DNA from: Candidatus Latescibacterota bacterium
GTDB lineage: Bacteria; Latescibacterota; UBA2968
Assembly: GCA_038279365.1 (NCBI GenBank)
Contig: JAYODI010000012.1
Location: forward strand, 24,189-88,188
Length of the DNA: 64,000 nt
Direction of reading: 5' to 3'
The notes below the pieces were generated by a model, which was not told the origin of the DNA, did no database searches, and saw nothing but the letters and a program-made list of their open reading frames with translations. This document shows positions 1 through 8,834 of this stretch, in pieces. Numbering within the stretch: position 1 is the first letter of the stretch; each line of letters opens with the position of its first letter. Made by a program: the position numbers and the translations under genes.

Positions 1-585
1 TTCGTATCCCCAAACTTCCTCTAACAAGACATCACGTGTGGCAACCCGCCCTTGTCGTTTGGCCAACGCCAATAAAAGCTTAAACTCTGTTGCCGTCAAA
101 TCCAAATCCTTTTCATCTAAAAACGCGCGATAACCCTCAGGATCAATCATCAAGTCACCCAACTGAATTTCTCGCGACATCGCAGTCGGTTTTGGGGTTG
201 GTGCACTGCGCTTTAAAATCGCCCGAATACGCAAAGCCAATTCTCGTGGAGAAAATGGCTTTATTACATAATCATCTGCCCCCACTTCCAAACCCAAAAT
301 ACGATCTATTTCTTCAGTGCGCGCCGAAAGCATTAAAACTGGAATGGTGGCAAATTCTTCATCGTCTTTTAATCGGCGACAAACTTCCAAACCATCAATA
401 CCAGGCAACCCGAGGTCGAGCAAGATCAAATCTGGGCGATCTTCTCTTACACGCCACAGAACTTCTTCGCCCTGTGCCACACATACCACATCAAAACCTT
501 CTTTTTGAAGACTATGTGAAATAATGGCTTGGTAGTCGGCTTGATCTTCAACCACCAAAATTTTTGGTTTGGTATCTAGTTTCAT
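1..585 (-). CDS. OmpR/PhoB-family response regulator (3' end runs off the window)
   Basis: Absent from the ORF track because it has no stop in the window. Manual translation from ATG 585: MKLDTKPKILVVEDQ...PDLILLDLGLPGIDGLEVCRRLK...IPVLMLSARTEEIDRILGLEVGADDYVIKPFSPRELALRIRAILKR...LTATEFKLLLALAKRQGRVATRDVLLEEVWGYE, i.e. receiver plus winged-helix domains. Context suggests a PhoB/PhoP role. Confidence 0.92.
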   Translation of the reverse strand, partial: MKLDTKPKILVVEDQADYQAIISHSLQKEGFDVVCVAQGEEVLWRVREDRPDLILLDLGLPGIDGLEVCRRLKDDEEFATIPVLMLSARTEEIDRILGLEVGADDYVIKPFSPRELALRIRAILKRSAPTPKPTAMSREIQLGDLMIDPEGYRAFLDEKDLDLTATEFKLLLALAKRQGRVATRDVLLEEVWGYE

Positions 586-597
586 GGCATCATAATA

Positions 598-1245
598 TCA
601 ATGTGTATTTTGACCTAACAAATCGAACGGGTTGGCAATACTGGAAGCAATATTCGACAAATGGGCACTGATGCGTCGCAAATATTGTGCACAACTGCTA
701 CAAACCACATCTTCACGCCCACCGCCCATATTTTGCATGAGCGCTTCCTGTATTTTATGTGTTTTTGCTTTAATCACGCGATTTTGATTCATCACCTTAC
801 GTGCTTCTTCGGCATCGCCTTCCTGAATGGCCTTTAGAGCCTGACCAAACATCGGTTCAATGATATTGCGTATTTCTGTGCAAACTTGCACCTGGGCATG
901 TTGCAAAAAAGAATCGGTGCGCCATTGAGCCAAATAAAGCAAACTCTTATTATAATCTCCAATACGTTCGGCATCGTGAACCACACTCACCAAAGCCAAT
1001 GCCGACGGCAAATCTTGGTCGGGATTCACCATGATATGTTGAAACACCAATCGACGCACCATGCGTTCGCCCATATCTATGTTTTCATCTTTTTCTACCA
1101 CATCAATCGCAGGCTCTTTCCCTTCTAACAATGCCGCCATAGATGCAACAAACATGTGCTCACTTTCTACAATCATCCGACAGGTTTCTTCTATCGCATC
1201 TCCCAATAATCCTGCATCTTTATCTCCAAACAATTTTTCAAACAT
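598..1245 (-). CDS. PhoU-domain protein
   Basis: Two PhoU-like repeats (DAERIGDY; YLRRISAHLSNIA). ATG 1245 follows GGAGGT and lies 2 nt after the transporter stop. Confidence 0.85.
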   Translation of the reverse strand: MFEKLFGDKDAGLLGDAIEETCRMIVESEHMFVASMAALLEGKEPAIDVVEKDENIDMGERMVRRLVFQHIMVNPDQDLPSALALVSVVHDAERIGDYNKSLLYLAQWRTDSFLQHAQVQVCTEIRNIIEPMFGQALKAIQEGDAEEARKVMNQNRVIKAKTHKIQEALMQNMGGGREDVVCSSCAQYLRRISAHLSNIASSIANPFDLLGQNTH

Positions 1246-1247
1246 AC

Positions 1248-2342
1248 CTACCTCCAAACAAATACAATCACGCCAGGTATAATATAAAATACCAAAACAA
1301 GATACACAATGGCCAGCCCCCGAGCCTTGCTCGTCAATTCGGCCAAACCACGCGCAAGACGCAATGGTATGGCCCGTATTTGACGAATGGGATAGACCAA
1401 AACAATGCCGCTCACATTAAAAAACAAATGAGCAAACGCAACAATACAGGCCGCAGGATTGCCAGTTGAAAATGCCGCCAAGAGAGCCGTAACCGTGGTC
1501 CCCACATTGGCACCTAAAGTATAAGGGAACACCTGCTCAAGCGTCACAATGCCCGCCCCCACCAAGGGAATGATCAGCGATGTCGAAATGGAACTGCTTT
1601 GCACCAAAACGGTAAGAACCACACCAAAAACCATTGCCTGAAAAACACCACCAAACATATACTGATTTAAAACACGTTCTGCTCGAGAAATGACCAAACT
1701 CTTGGCCAAAACCACCAAATAGCGCAAAGCCAAAAACATCATCACCAAAGAAACAATCAAAACCAACCAAGGTTGTTGCCCCAACAAGTCTACCAAAAAT
1801 CCAATGGCAGGTTTGGTGGCCAGCTTAAGGGGGCTTGCAAAATGTAGCCCCCCCATGCCTTCAAATACATGCTCTACAAAAGTTGACAAATGCCTTAAAT
1901 AACCAAAGGCCATTTCAAGCGGAAACAAGATCACTACCGTGATCAAATTAAAAAAATCGTGTACCGTTGCTCCTGCCAATGCGCGTTTAAATTCTTCACG
2001 TCGGGTAATGTGCCCCATAGAAACCAAGGTGTTGGTCACGCTGGTGCCTATATTGGCTCCCATAATAATGGGTATGGCTCCTTCAACAGTCAATGACCCA
2101 GCAGCCAAAAGCCCTACCGTAATAGATGTTGTTGTTGACGAACTTTGAACCAGCGTCGTGGCCAATATGCCCGTAAATAACCCAACCAACGGATTGGCCG
2201 TCATGGTCATGAGCTGATTGGCAACACCTTTGCCAAATATTTTAAACGCTTCCCCCATCAAACCGATACTGACCAAAAAGGCATACAAAATGCCCAACAA
2301 CACAACAACACGCAACAACGTCTTCAAACCCTCCGAACGCAT
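1248..2342 (-). CDS. Na+/Pi cotransporter (NptA/SLC34 family)
   Basis: Duplicated signature: VQSSSTTTS...IMGANIGTSVT and VQSSSISTS...LGANVGTTVT. ATG 2342 follows GGGAGG. Confidence 0.93.
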   Translation of the reverse strand: MRSEGLKTLLRVVVLLGILYAFLVSIGLMGEAFKIFGKGVANQLMTMTANPLVGLFTGILATTLVQSSSTTTSITVGLLAAGSLTVEGAIPIIMGANIGTSVTNTLVSMGHITRREEFKRALAGATVHDFFNLITVVILFPLEMAFGYLRHLSTFVEHVFEGMGGLHFASPLKLATKPAIGFLVDLLGQQPWLVLIVSLVMMFLALRYLVVLAKSLVISRAERVLNQYMFGGVFQAMVFGVVLTVLVQSSSISTSLIIPLVGAGIVTLEQVFPYTLGANVGTTVTALLAAFSTGNPAACIVAFAHLFFNVSGIVLVYPIRQIRAIPLRLARGLAELTSKARGLAIVYLVLVFYIIPGVIVFVWR

Positions 2343-2408
2343 CTGCCCTCCCACACTTAAAATGGTTTTACATGGCAATACATCCAATTACCATAACCGC
2401 GACAAATC

Positions 2409-2437
2409 AATGTAATTCTTCTATGCGCCAGTGTCAA
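2409..2437 (-). promoter_or_regulatory. putative sigma70 promoter for the Na/Pi-PhoU-regulator operon
   Basis: Minus strand TTGACA-17 nt-TACATT. Confidence 0.5.
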
Positions 2438-2472
2438 AGCAAAATGCCCAAGCCTATTGGCTTGGGCAGCAA

Positions 2473-4839
2473 TCATTTGCTATTTAATACAAAGCGCATC
2501 TCAATGTTTTTTAAAGACGTCGTAATACGCTCAAAAGGTGTTGTCGAAACCAAGGTGTCAGGAGGAGATTCTACCTGCTTTAATTCCTCCAACAAACCAA
2601 CAAGTTGGAGGTTATCTACTATGCGTTGTCGCTTTACATCATACCCTTTTGCTTGCACCTCAATAAGACTGGTTGGTGGCACCCATAACCGAAATTGACC
2701 ATTCCGAGCGGTCGTTTGCAAAATCACTTGTCCCAATGGGTTTTTGACAAACACCTGCGCTTCCAATATCGGTTTCCCATCTGCCATTTGAATATCGCCG
2801 CGCACCACAGCTTGCACGGGCTCTGGAGGTTGATAGTCTGGTGCCCGAAAATAAATAGGATTGGTTAACGCAACCTGTGTTTCATCCGCACCGTAACATT
2901 TGGCAATATACCAACAGCCCACCGTATCTTGCAATGTCACAGCCAACTTATGGCTACGCGGGTGATCATCCAAAAGCCAAGTGTCTGCCACCTCACCATT
3001 GCGAATCAATTCGATACGTGTTAAATAATCGTCTCCGCCGCCTGCCCAAGCTTGTAGCGTTGCGCGCCGTTTACGCCCCACAGGTAAATCACTACCCGGC
3101 CCAGCTGCAAACACTGAAAACAACAACACAGGGCCACTGCTTACAAAACTGTGACCTTGTGATAATGCTTGTGACAAACGCCCCAAGGTCACATCGCCAT
3201 CTAAACGCACATAGGTGCGAAATGTGCCTGGCAAAACCGGGTTATCACCATCTAATACCGCCCCGGATGATGCCGTAGCAGCAATGCGATACCCACGGTT
3301 AAGCAAATCAAACCACATTTTTTGTGCTTGAATATCATCGGCTTTTTCTGACATCACATCCAAGCAGTCAAACGTTGGACCAGACAGCACATCAAAAACC
3401 ACCCCGCTGGCATGGCGCTTGCGAGTAAACAAATTCGTATGTCCCACAAGCCCACGATCATTGTGCGCCAACTCTTGTGCCCCCAAAACATCTTCAGCCT
3501 CTTGCGAAGAGGCCCCCATCATCCACACATCTCTCAATGGCGTTTCAAAAAAACGCCCCAAAAACGCGTAAAACCCAGTATGCATCTGCAACTCATCTTC
3601 CACCTGATATGGCAAAAGCGTCGCATCCAAATAGTTGGTAAAAACTGCCCAATCCAAACCCACAGCGCGCGTTGCTCTTACCACATCACCCATGGCAATC
3701 AAACGTTTCATTTCGCCACTGACACCCTTTACATTTACATCTCCGGCCAACCAACCCCGCGCTTTCAAATCTATCCAAGACCGAATGGGTAAATCGACAA
3801 CAACAGAATCACCTGCAACCACCGCTATTTCTTGCACTGGAGGAACGATTTGTGTTGGTCCAACTTGTGCAGTTATCCACCAGGTGCCAGAGGGCACAAA
3901 TATCTCATATACACCCAGACAGGCTTGGCGCCAGACAACCTGTTTGAGTGAATCTTGCACCACCACAAACCCCGATTGATCCAATTGGGTTTCGGCATCA
4001 AAAAGACGCCCAACAACACGCCCAGCCCAGGCATCGCCCAAAACATATTGTGCCGATACATCACCCGACCGCGCCCACACCTTGCCCCCCCCAACAAAGG
4101 GATCACCAACTTCCAATACAAACGCAACGCTGCCATTTTGTGTGGTAAGCCAACGAGGTGCTTTCCCGACATCAGAATCCAAAACGACCACCGTGCCATC
4201 TTTGATGGGCATCCCTGTGCTGTCTTGAACCACAACCTGCACCCGTGTTTGGCGTTTATTCGAAACCAAACGGGTAGAAACATCTATTTTTTGGGGGGCT
4301 ACATCTGAAAAATGCGAAAAAGAAACCGAATCGAACCACACGTCAAATGGCTCAAAATTTTTGTCCCAGTCTTCTGCCAAACACAAGATGCGAGCAAACT
4401 GAGCCATTTTAGGAGCAACAACAGTACCTGCAACTTGCTCCCACTCATCTCCTCCAAGGGCCTTTGACGAGGTTCCCCAAGGCCAAACCATTTGTTTCAT
4501 ATTGGCATCAAACCATTGTACATTCAAAAAAGCACGCCGTGTAAATGCTGCATCAAATTTAATATGGGCTCGCAGGTTGTAGGTGGCTCCGCCAATAACA
4601 GAAACAGCCTGAGAAACCATGCCTGTTCCCAAACGGGGTTTCACCACAGACACACGCCCAGAAGCTTTTCCCTGATGTTTCACAGACCGATCAGCAACCC
4701 CCTCCAACGCATGATGAGGTTCCCAACCTATGAGATGATCAGATTGCCCAATTTGCTCAAAATCAGCATTTAAAACAGGCGCTGCATCCAAACGCAATGC
4801 AAATAAAAAACACAAACCCAATAATCGCCAATGCATCAT
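2473..4839 (-). CDS. secreted CehA/McbA-like (PHP-fold) protein with N-terminal carbohydrate-binding-like and carboxypeptidase-regulatory-like domains
   Basis: Signal peptide; CBM4/9-like N-terminus (NADFEQ...GW); WIDLKARGWLAGD, WFDLLNRGYRIAATASS, RTYV, SFVSSGP and ALTNPIY motifs. The usual D-x-H-x-H metal motif reads DVNVK, so catalysis may be lost. Confidence 0.7.
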   Translation of the reverse strand: MMHWRLLGLCFLFALRLDAAPVLNADFEQIGQSDHLIGWEPHHALEGVADRSVKHQGKASGRVSVVKPRLGTGMVSQAVSVIGGATYNLRAHIKFDAAFTRRAFLNVQWFDANMKQMVWPWGTSSKALGGDEWEQVAGTVVAPKMAQFARILCLAEDWDKNFEPFDVWFDSVSFSHFSDVAPQKIDVSTRLVSNKRQTRVQVVVQDSTGMPIKDGTVVVLDSDVGKAPRWLTTQNGSVAFVLEVGDPFVGGGKVWARSGDVSAQYVLGDAWAGRVVGRLFDAETQLDQSGFVVVQDSLKQVVWRQACLGVYEIFVPSGTWWITAQVGPTQIVPPVQEIAVVAGDSVVVDLPIRSWIDLKARGWLAGDVNVKGVSGEMKRLIAMGDVVRATRAVGLDWAVFTNYLDATLLPYQVEDELQMHTGFYAFLGRFFETPLRDVWMMGASSQEAEDVLGAQELAHNDRGLVGHTNLFTRKRHASGVVFDVLSGPTFDCLDVMSEKADDIQAQKMWFDLLNRGYRIAATASSGAVLDGDNPVLPGTFRTYVRLDGDVTLGRLSQALSQGHSFVSSGPVLLFSVFAAGPGSDLPVGRKRRATLQAWAGGGDDYLTRIELIRNGEVADTWLLDDHPRSHKLAVTLQDTVGCWYIAKCYGADETQVALTNPIYFRAPDYQPPEPVQAVVRGDIQMADGKPILEAQVFVKNPLGQVILQTTARNGQFRLWVPPTSLIEVQAKGYDVKRQRIVDNLQLVGLLEELKQVESPPDTLVSTTPFERITTSLKNIEMRFVLNSK

Positions 4840-6858
4840 CTACTCCGGTTTCAATGATTCTAAAATTTCTTTCACTTTATCGTGCTTGTCACCCAAATCA
4901 CCCAAAGCAAGATAACCTTGGTAAATGCTCACTGCATCATCTATCCGCCCGGCTTGTTGATAATAACCGCCCAAGTTAAACAACACATCAGGCGAAATCG
5001 GATTGTTTGTCAAAAAGTCTTCGCATGCCACAATCGCTTGATCAACATTACCCTGTGAATAATAGGCTCCGCTCAAGTTCACAACAACTTCTGGGTCTTG
5101 AGGTGACAGGGCTAGCAGTTGGGTGTAAATCTCAGCAGCGCGTTTAAATGTGCCCAGCTTCATATATAAATCACCCAATTTGCGATATGTTTCTAAATTG
5201 TTGGGATGAAGTACAATAATGCCTTCCAAACAGGCAGCCGCATCGGCTGAATACCCTCGGGCCACATAGGCATCAAACGAAACCTGATAGGCAGCCACGG
5301 CAAAGTCGGGGTTTTCCGTTTGAGGCCACCCTGGCAACAGACGAAACAACTTCCCAGCCTCAAAACCATCAACAGGCAGTGCAGACATCCAAGTTTTGAC
5401 TTGGCTAGCATGCAAAAAAGGAAACGGTTCAGGCGACAAAAATCTTTGTCCTGCGCGCAAACTGTGTCCAATAAAAGCATCATCCACTACCGTGCGTTGA
5501 TGCATCCATTGCCAAGTGCGCCCCGTGTTTTTGGGGTTGGTATAAAATACCCAACCCGCTTTTGTTTTTTCAGCCCAAATAAGCTGACGTTTACTTTGCC
5601 AAACCACCGCCCAAGGAGATGCCACAACGCCAAAAGCACCAGGTCGTGCATCTTCTGGTATCACCACAATCATATCTCCAGGTTGGGTTTTGGCTTGAAT
5701 TTTTGCACCAAAATCAACCATGTTTTGCAATTTCGAAGCATAAGCAACACGTCTTTCTATAGAAAATCCCCACGTATTTTCTGTGTATCTCACACACACC
5801 ACCTGGATTACCACCAATGCCACGGCCAAAACCCATACCATGGTTTGAACAGTTTCCTGTAATCCTTCTGCCAAATAGTGGCTTCCCTCACGCCAGACAG
5901 TCCCCAAACCCAATACATAAATGGGAGCCCAAACAGCCAAAAACACACCCTCATCGCCACCTGTCACACGGGGCAACTGATACACAAAAAAAGGCACACA
6001 ATAAGCACACAACCAAATAAACCGCTCACGATGCAAAAATGCCATCAAACACATACCTAAAATACCAAAGACAAACCCACCCCAACCAAACAGTTGGGCA
6101 TGCATTGAAATTTGTCGAACCAAACCCGATAAAAGCGCGCTGGGACCCAATTCGCCATAACCGTCTGCGACACCTCCCAACATATAAGTCAACCAAGACC
6201 CTTCGGCACCCGAAGATCGAAATAAGAAAAACAACCACAACCAACCAAGCCCAACAACTATGCCAGCCCCCAGGGCCCACTTTTTAATCTCTTGACCACC
6301 TTCTTGACGCAACAAAAAGCCAAAACCAGCCAAAGTAAGCAACGCTACAGGATGCACACCAACTGCCACACCAAACAAAATCCCAGAAATAAGATATCGC
6401 TGTGTATGATGAGACAACAATACTGCCAAACTAAGCCCCAAGGCCCCAAACAATACAGCACCAGGTTCTTGCACGACACTGAGTCGCATTAACAACGGAA
6501 ACAAAACCAACAACAAACCACCCAAAAGCGTTTGTAAGCGATCTTTGGTTAAGCGATCCACCACAAACATCATAGCCCCAACCCCAACAATGCCACCCAA
6601 CAAAGCCAGTAACCGCAACCCCAAATCTGGGGCAAAGAAAATGCCCATCAATTTTCCCAACCACAGATAAATAGGTTGGGGATCAATAGGCACAAATCCC
6701 AATCCGACAGCACACACCATTTCTGGTGCAATGCCCCAAAAAGGTTGTGCAAAAGTTGTCCAATGCCATAGCCAAACCACACACCCGACCAACACAACCC
6801 CAACCACACCGTACATCATATTCTGCGCCCCACCATCCACACCTTGCTGTTTATTCAC
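4840..6858 (-). CDS. multi-pass membrane protein (GT-C/PMT-like) with C-terminal TPR repeats
   Basis: About 11 hydrophobic segments, then TPRs (YRKLGDLYMKLGTFKRAAEIY; VLFNLGGYYQQAGRIDDAVSIY). Confidence 0.7.
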   Translation of the reverse strand: MNKQQGVDGGAQNMMYGVVGVVLVGCVVWLWHWTTFAQPFWGIAPEMVCAVGLGFVPIDPQPIYLWLGKLMGIFFAPDLGLRLLALLGGIVGVGAMMFVVDRLTKDRLQTLLGGLLLVLFPLLMRLSVVQEPGAVLFGALGLSLAVLLSHHTQRYLISGILFGVAVGVHPVALLTLAGFGFLLRQEGGQEIKKWALGAGIVVGLGWLWLFFLFRSSGAEGSWLTYMLGGVADGYGELGPSALLSGLVRQISMHAQLFGWGGFVFGILGMCLMAFLHRERFIWLCAYCVPFFVYQLPRVTGGDEGVFLAVWAPIYVLGLGTVWREGSHYLAEGLQETVQTMVWVLAVALVVIQVVCVRYTENTWGFSIERRVAYASKLQNMVDFGAKIQAKTQPGDMIVVIPEDARPGAFGVVASPWAVVWQSKRQLIWAEKTKAGWVFYTNPKNTGRTWQWMHQRTVVDDAFIGHSLRAGQRFLSPEPFPFLHASQVKTWMSALPVDGFEAGKLFRLLPGWPQTENPDFAVAAYQVSFDAYVARGYSADAAACLEGIIVLHPNNLETYRKLGDLYMKLGTFKRAAEIYTQLLALSPQDPEVVVNLSGAYYSQGNVDQAIVACEDFLTNNPISPDVLFNLGGYYQQAGRIDDAVSIYQGYLALGDLGDKHDKVKEILESLKPE

Positions 6859-7430
6859 GCAGAAACTCTCCCTTCCTGATTTTCAAATTTGCGCAACATC
6901 CGTTTGATTTCGCGATATTCACCAAGTGTTTCATTCAACCGCCGTGTCATAATGTTATTTAAACGCCATATAATCTTAAAACCCAATCGAGGTGCATGTT
7001 CAATAAGCCCCATCAAATCGGCTCGAAAAAACCCCAACACATGGGTACGCTCTGCAGCAATAACAGATGCTGCTCGAGGTGCACCATCAAGCAAAGACAT
7101 TTCGCCAAAAAATTGTTGTTCACCCAACCGAGCCAAATGAATATGTGACCCATCGGGCGTTTCAAGTTCCACATTGGCACTACCCGATTGTATAATATAC
7201 ATCCCCACACCAGGTGCACCTTGATGAACAATCATTTCATTGGGTGAATACGCGCGCGTATGAAGCATCCAACCCACTTTGCGCAATTCGTCAGAATGTA
7301 AATCTGAGAAGATTTCAATTTCAGACAAAATCTCGCGAATATCGCGAGATCGCTGACGAGCAACCTCTAAATCGACATCCCACTCTTCGTCAACGACAAA
7401 TCGAATCTGTTTTTGTTGACCTTTCGCCAT
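6855..7430 (-). CDS. cyclic-nucleotide-binding domain protein (no HTH)
   Basis: Phosphate-binding cassette FFGEMSLLDGAPRAASVIA. Its stop overlaps the next start codon (ATGA). Confidence 0.9.
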   Translation of the reverse strand: MAKGQQKQIRFVVDEEWDVDLEVARQRSRDIREILSEIEIFSDLHSDELRKVGWMLHTRAYSPNEMIVHQGAPGVGMYIIQSGSANVELETPDGSHIHLARLGEQQFFGEMSLLDGAPRAASVIAAERTHVLGFFRADLMGLIEHAPRLGFKIIWRLNNIMTRRLNETLGEYREIKRMLRKFENQEGRVSA

Positions 7431-7506
7431 AGGCCCCACCTACTCATCCTCTCAAAATCAACCACCAAACACCTATAATCATGACAAATCGTTCACTAAT
7501 ATGGAC

Positions 7507-7557
7507 AAAAAAAAGCGGAGGGGCAAGTCTTCCGTTTCTGGGAGACCACCCTTCCGC
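7507..7557 (-). terminator. intrinsic terminator after the molybdoenzyme operon
   Basis: Imperfect GC-rich hairpin GCGGAAGGGTGGTCTCCC...GGAAGACTTGCCCCTCCGC followed by T8 on the minus strand. Confidence 0.7.
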
Positions 7558-7577
7558 CATTATAAACCCAAATAAAA

Positions 7578-7817
7578 TCAAACAGATCGTATCAAACTCG
7601 ACTTGTAACAACTGCGATGTGAGCCACAATTACTGGGGCACACATAATCATCATCTGGGCCAATCACGCCCATCGTACGCACGCACCAATACCCAGTTTC
7701 CGAGACGTCTTCGGTTAGGTAGGTTGCAGGAGGATCATCAGAAATGTAAGACCTTTTGCTACGTAATTGCGTACAAAAATCCAATTTAATCGGTGTTACG
7801 TTGATGGTATCTGCCAT
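7578..7817 (-). CDS. small Cys-rich hypothetical protein (79 aa)
   Basis: RBS GAGGA; co-directional between the FAD subunit gene and a terminator; five Cys (FCTQLRSK, YWCVRT, GPDD..VCPSNC..RSCY). Confidence 0.7.
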   Translation of the reverse strand: MADTINVTPIKLDFCTQLRSKRSYISDDPPATYLTEDVSETGYWCVRTMGVIGPDDDYVCPSNCGSHRSCYKSSLIRSV

Positions 7818-7865
7818 ATTAAAAATCCTCAGGTAATGTACAAGCTACGGTGGTTCTTATCACGT

Positions 7866-8834
7866 TTATACCAAAGCCATCACACCGCGTTTGACCATTG
7901 TTTTGCTCAATGTCACTTTAAAAGCATTATCACGTAGCGGTTCGGCATCCTTTAATGCCCTATTGGCAAATGCCACAACACGCTCTTCGGTAAGCGCCTG
8001 CCCCACCAAAGAAGACGCATCAACTTGCCAAGGCTTGGGTGCCACACCTCCCAAAACCACTTGTGCTTCACGGCAAACCCCACCCTCAACACGCAAGGCC
8101 ACAGCCGCTGCCGACAAGGCAAAATCCATAGACCCTTTTTCCTTAAATTTCAAATAGGTGCTCTTGCTCCCAGACTTGGGTTTGGGCACAAACACTTCGG
8201 TAACCACTTCATTGGGCAACAAGACTGTTTCTTGGTATAAATTTTCCATGGGCAAAACAAAAAACTCAGATGCAGGCACAGTGCGCTCACCTGTTGGCCC
8301 TTGAATTTTAATGGTCGCCTGAAGGGCAATCAACGCCGGTGCCGTATCTGAAGGATGGACAATATGACAAGGCCCCCCTCCCATAATGGCATGGTATTTG
8401 TTTTCACCATCTACAGCAAAACACTTATGACCACCCTTTTTCAAACAGTGGAACTCTTCGCCCCGATAATACCAACAGCGCGGGCGTTGGCACAAATTGC
8501 CACCGATCGTACCCACATTGCGAATTTGCAAAGACGCAACCGAGGCAGCAGCCTCAGACAAAGCCGTATACATTTTAACGACATCGGCATCAGATGCCAC
8601 ATCGCTCAGTGTTGTGGTTGCACCAATGCGCACACCGTCTTTGCCATGCCGAATATAGCGCAAATCTAAAGCCTTGATATTAACCAGGCGATTTGGTGCA
8701 ATTAAATTGTCTTTTAACTCCCCCAACAGATCAATGCCACCGGCCATCACCACCGATTTGCGGTCGCGTTTTTGGCTCAACAACTGAGGCACATCCTTCA
8801 GGTTCGACGGATTGACATATTCAAAAGCATTCAC
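7866..8834 (-). CDS. xanthine dehydrogenase-family FAD subunit (PaoB/YagS-like)
   Basis: AGGIDL and QIRNVGTIGGNLCQRPRCWYYR motifs, with the Cys-rich insert C..C..C..C-HIVHPSD that binds a [4Fe-4S] cluster in PaoB. Confidence 0.93.
   Translation of the reverse strand: MNAFEYVNPSNLKDVPQLLSQKRDRKSVVMAGGIDLLGELKDNLIAPNRLVNIKALDLRYIRHGKDGVRIGATTTLSDVASDADVVKMYTALSEAAASVASLQIRNVGTIGGNLCQRPRCWYYRGEEFHCLKKGGHKCFAVDGENKYHAIMGGGPCHIVHPSDTAPALIALQATIKIQGPTGERTVPASEFFVLPMENLYQETVLLPNEVVTEVFVPKPKSGSKSTYLKFKEKGSMDFALSAAAVALRVEGGVCREAQVVLGGVAPKPWQVDASSLVGQALTEERVVAFANRALKDAEPLRDNAFKVTLSKTMVKRGVMALV

Noticed and set aside
2365-2405. Possible Pho box upstream of the Na/Pi transporter
   Set aside because: The TGT-like half-sites are degenerate and spaced 10, 10 and 12 nt, not the 11-nt CTGTCAT repeat.
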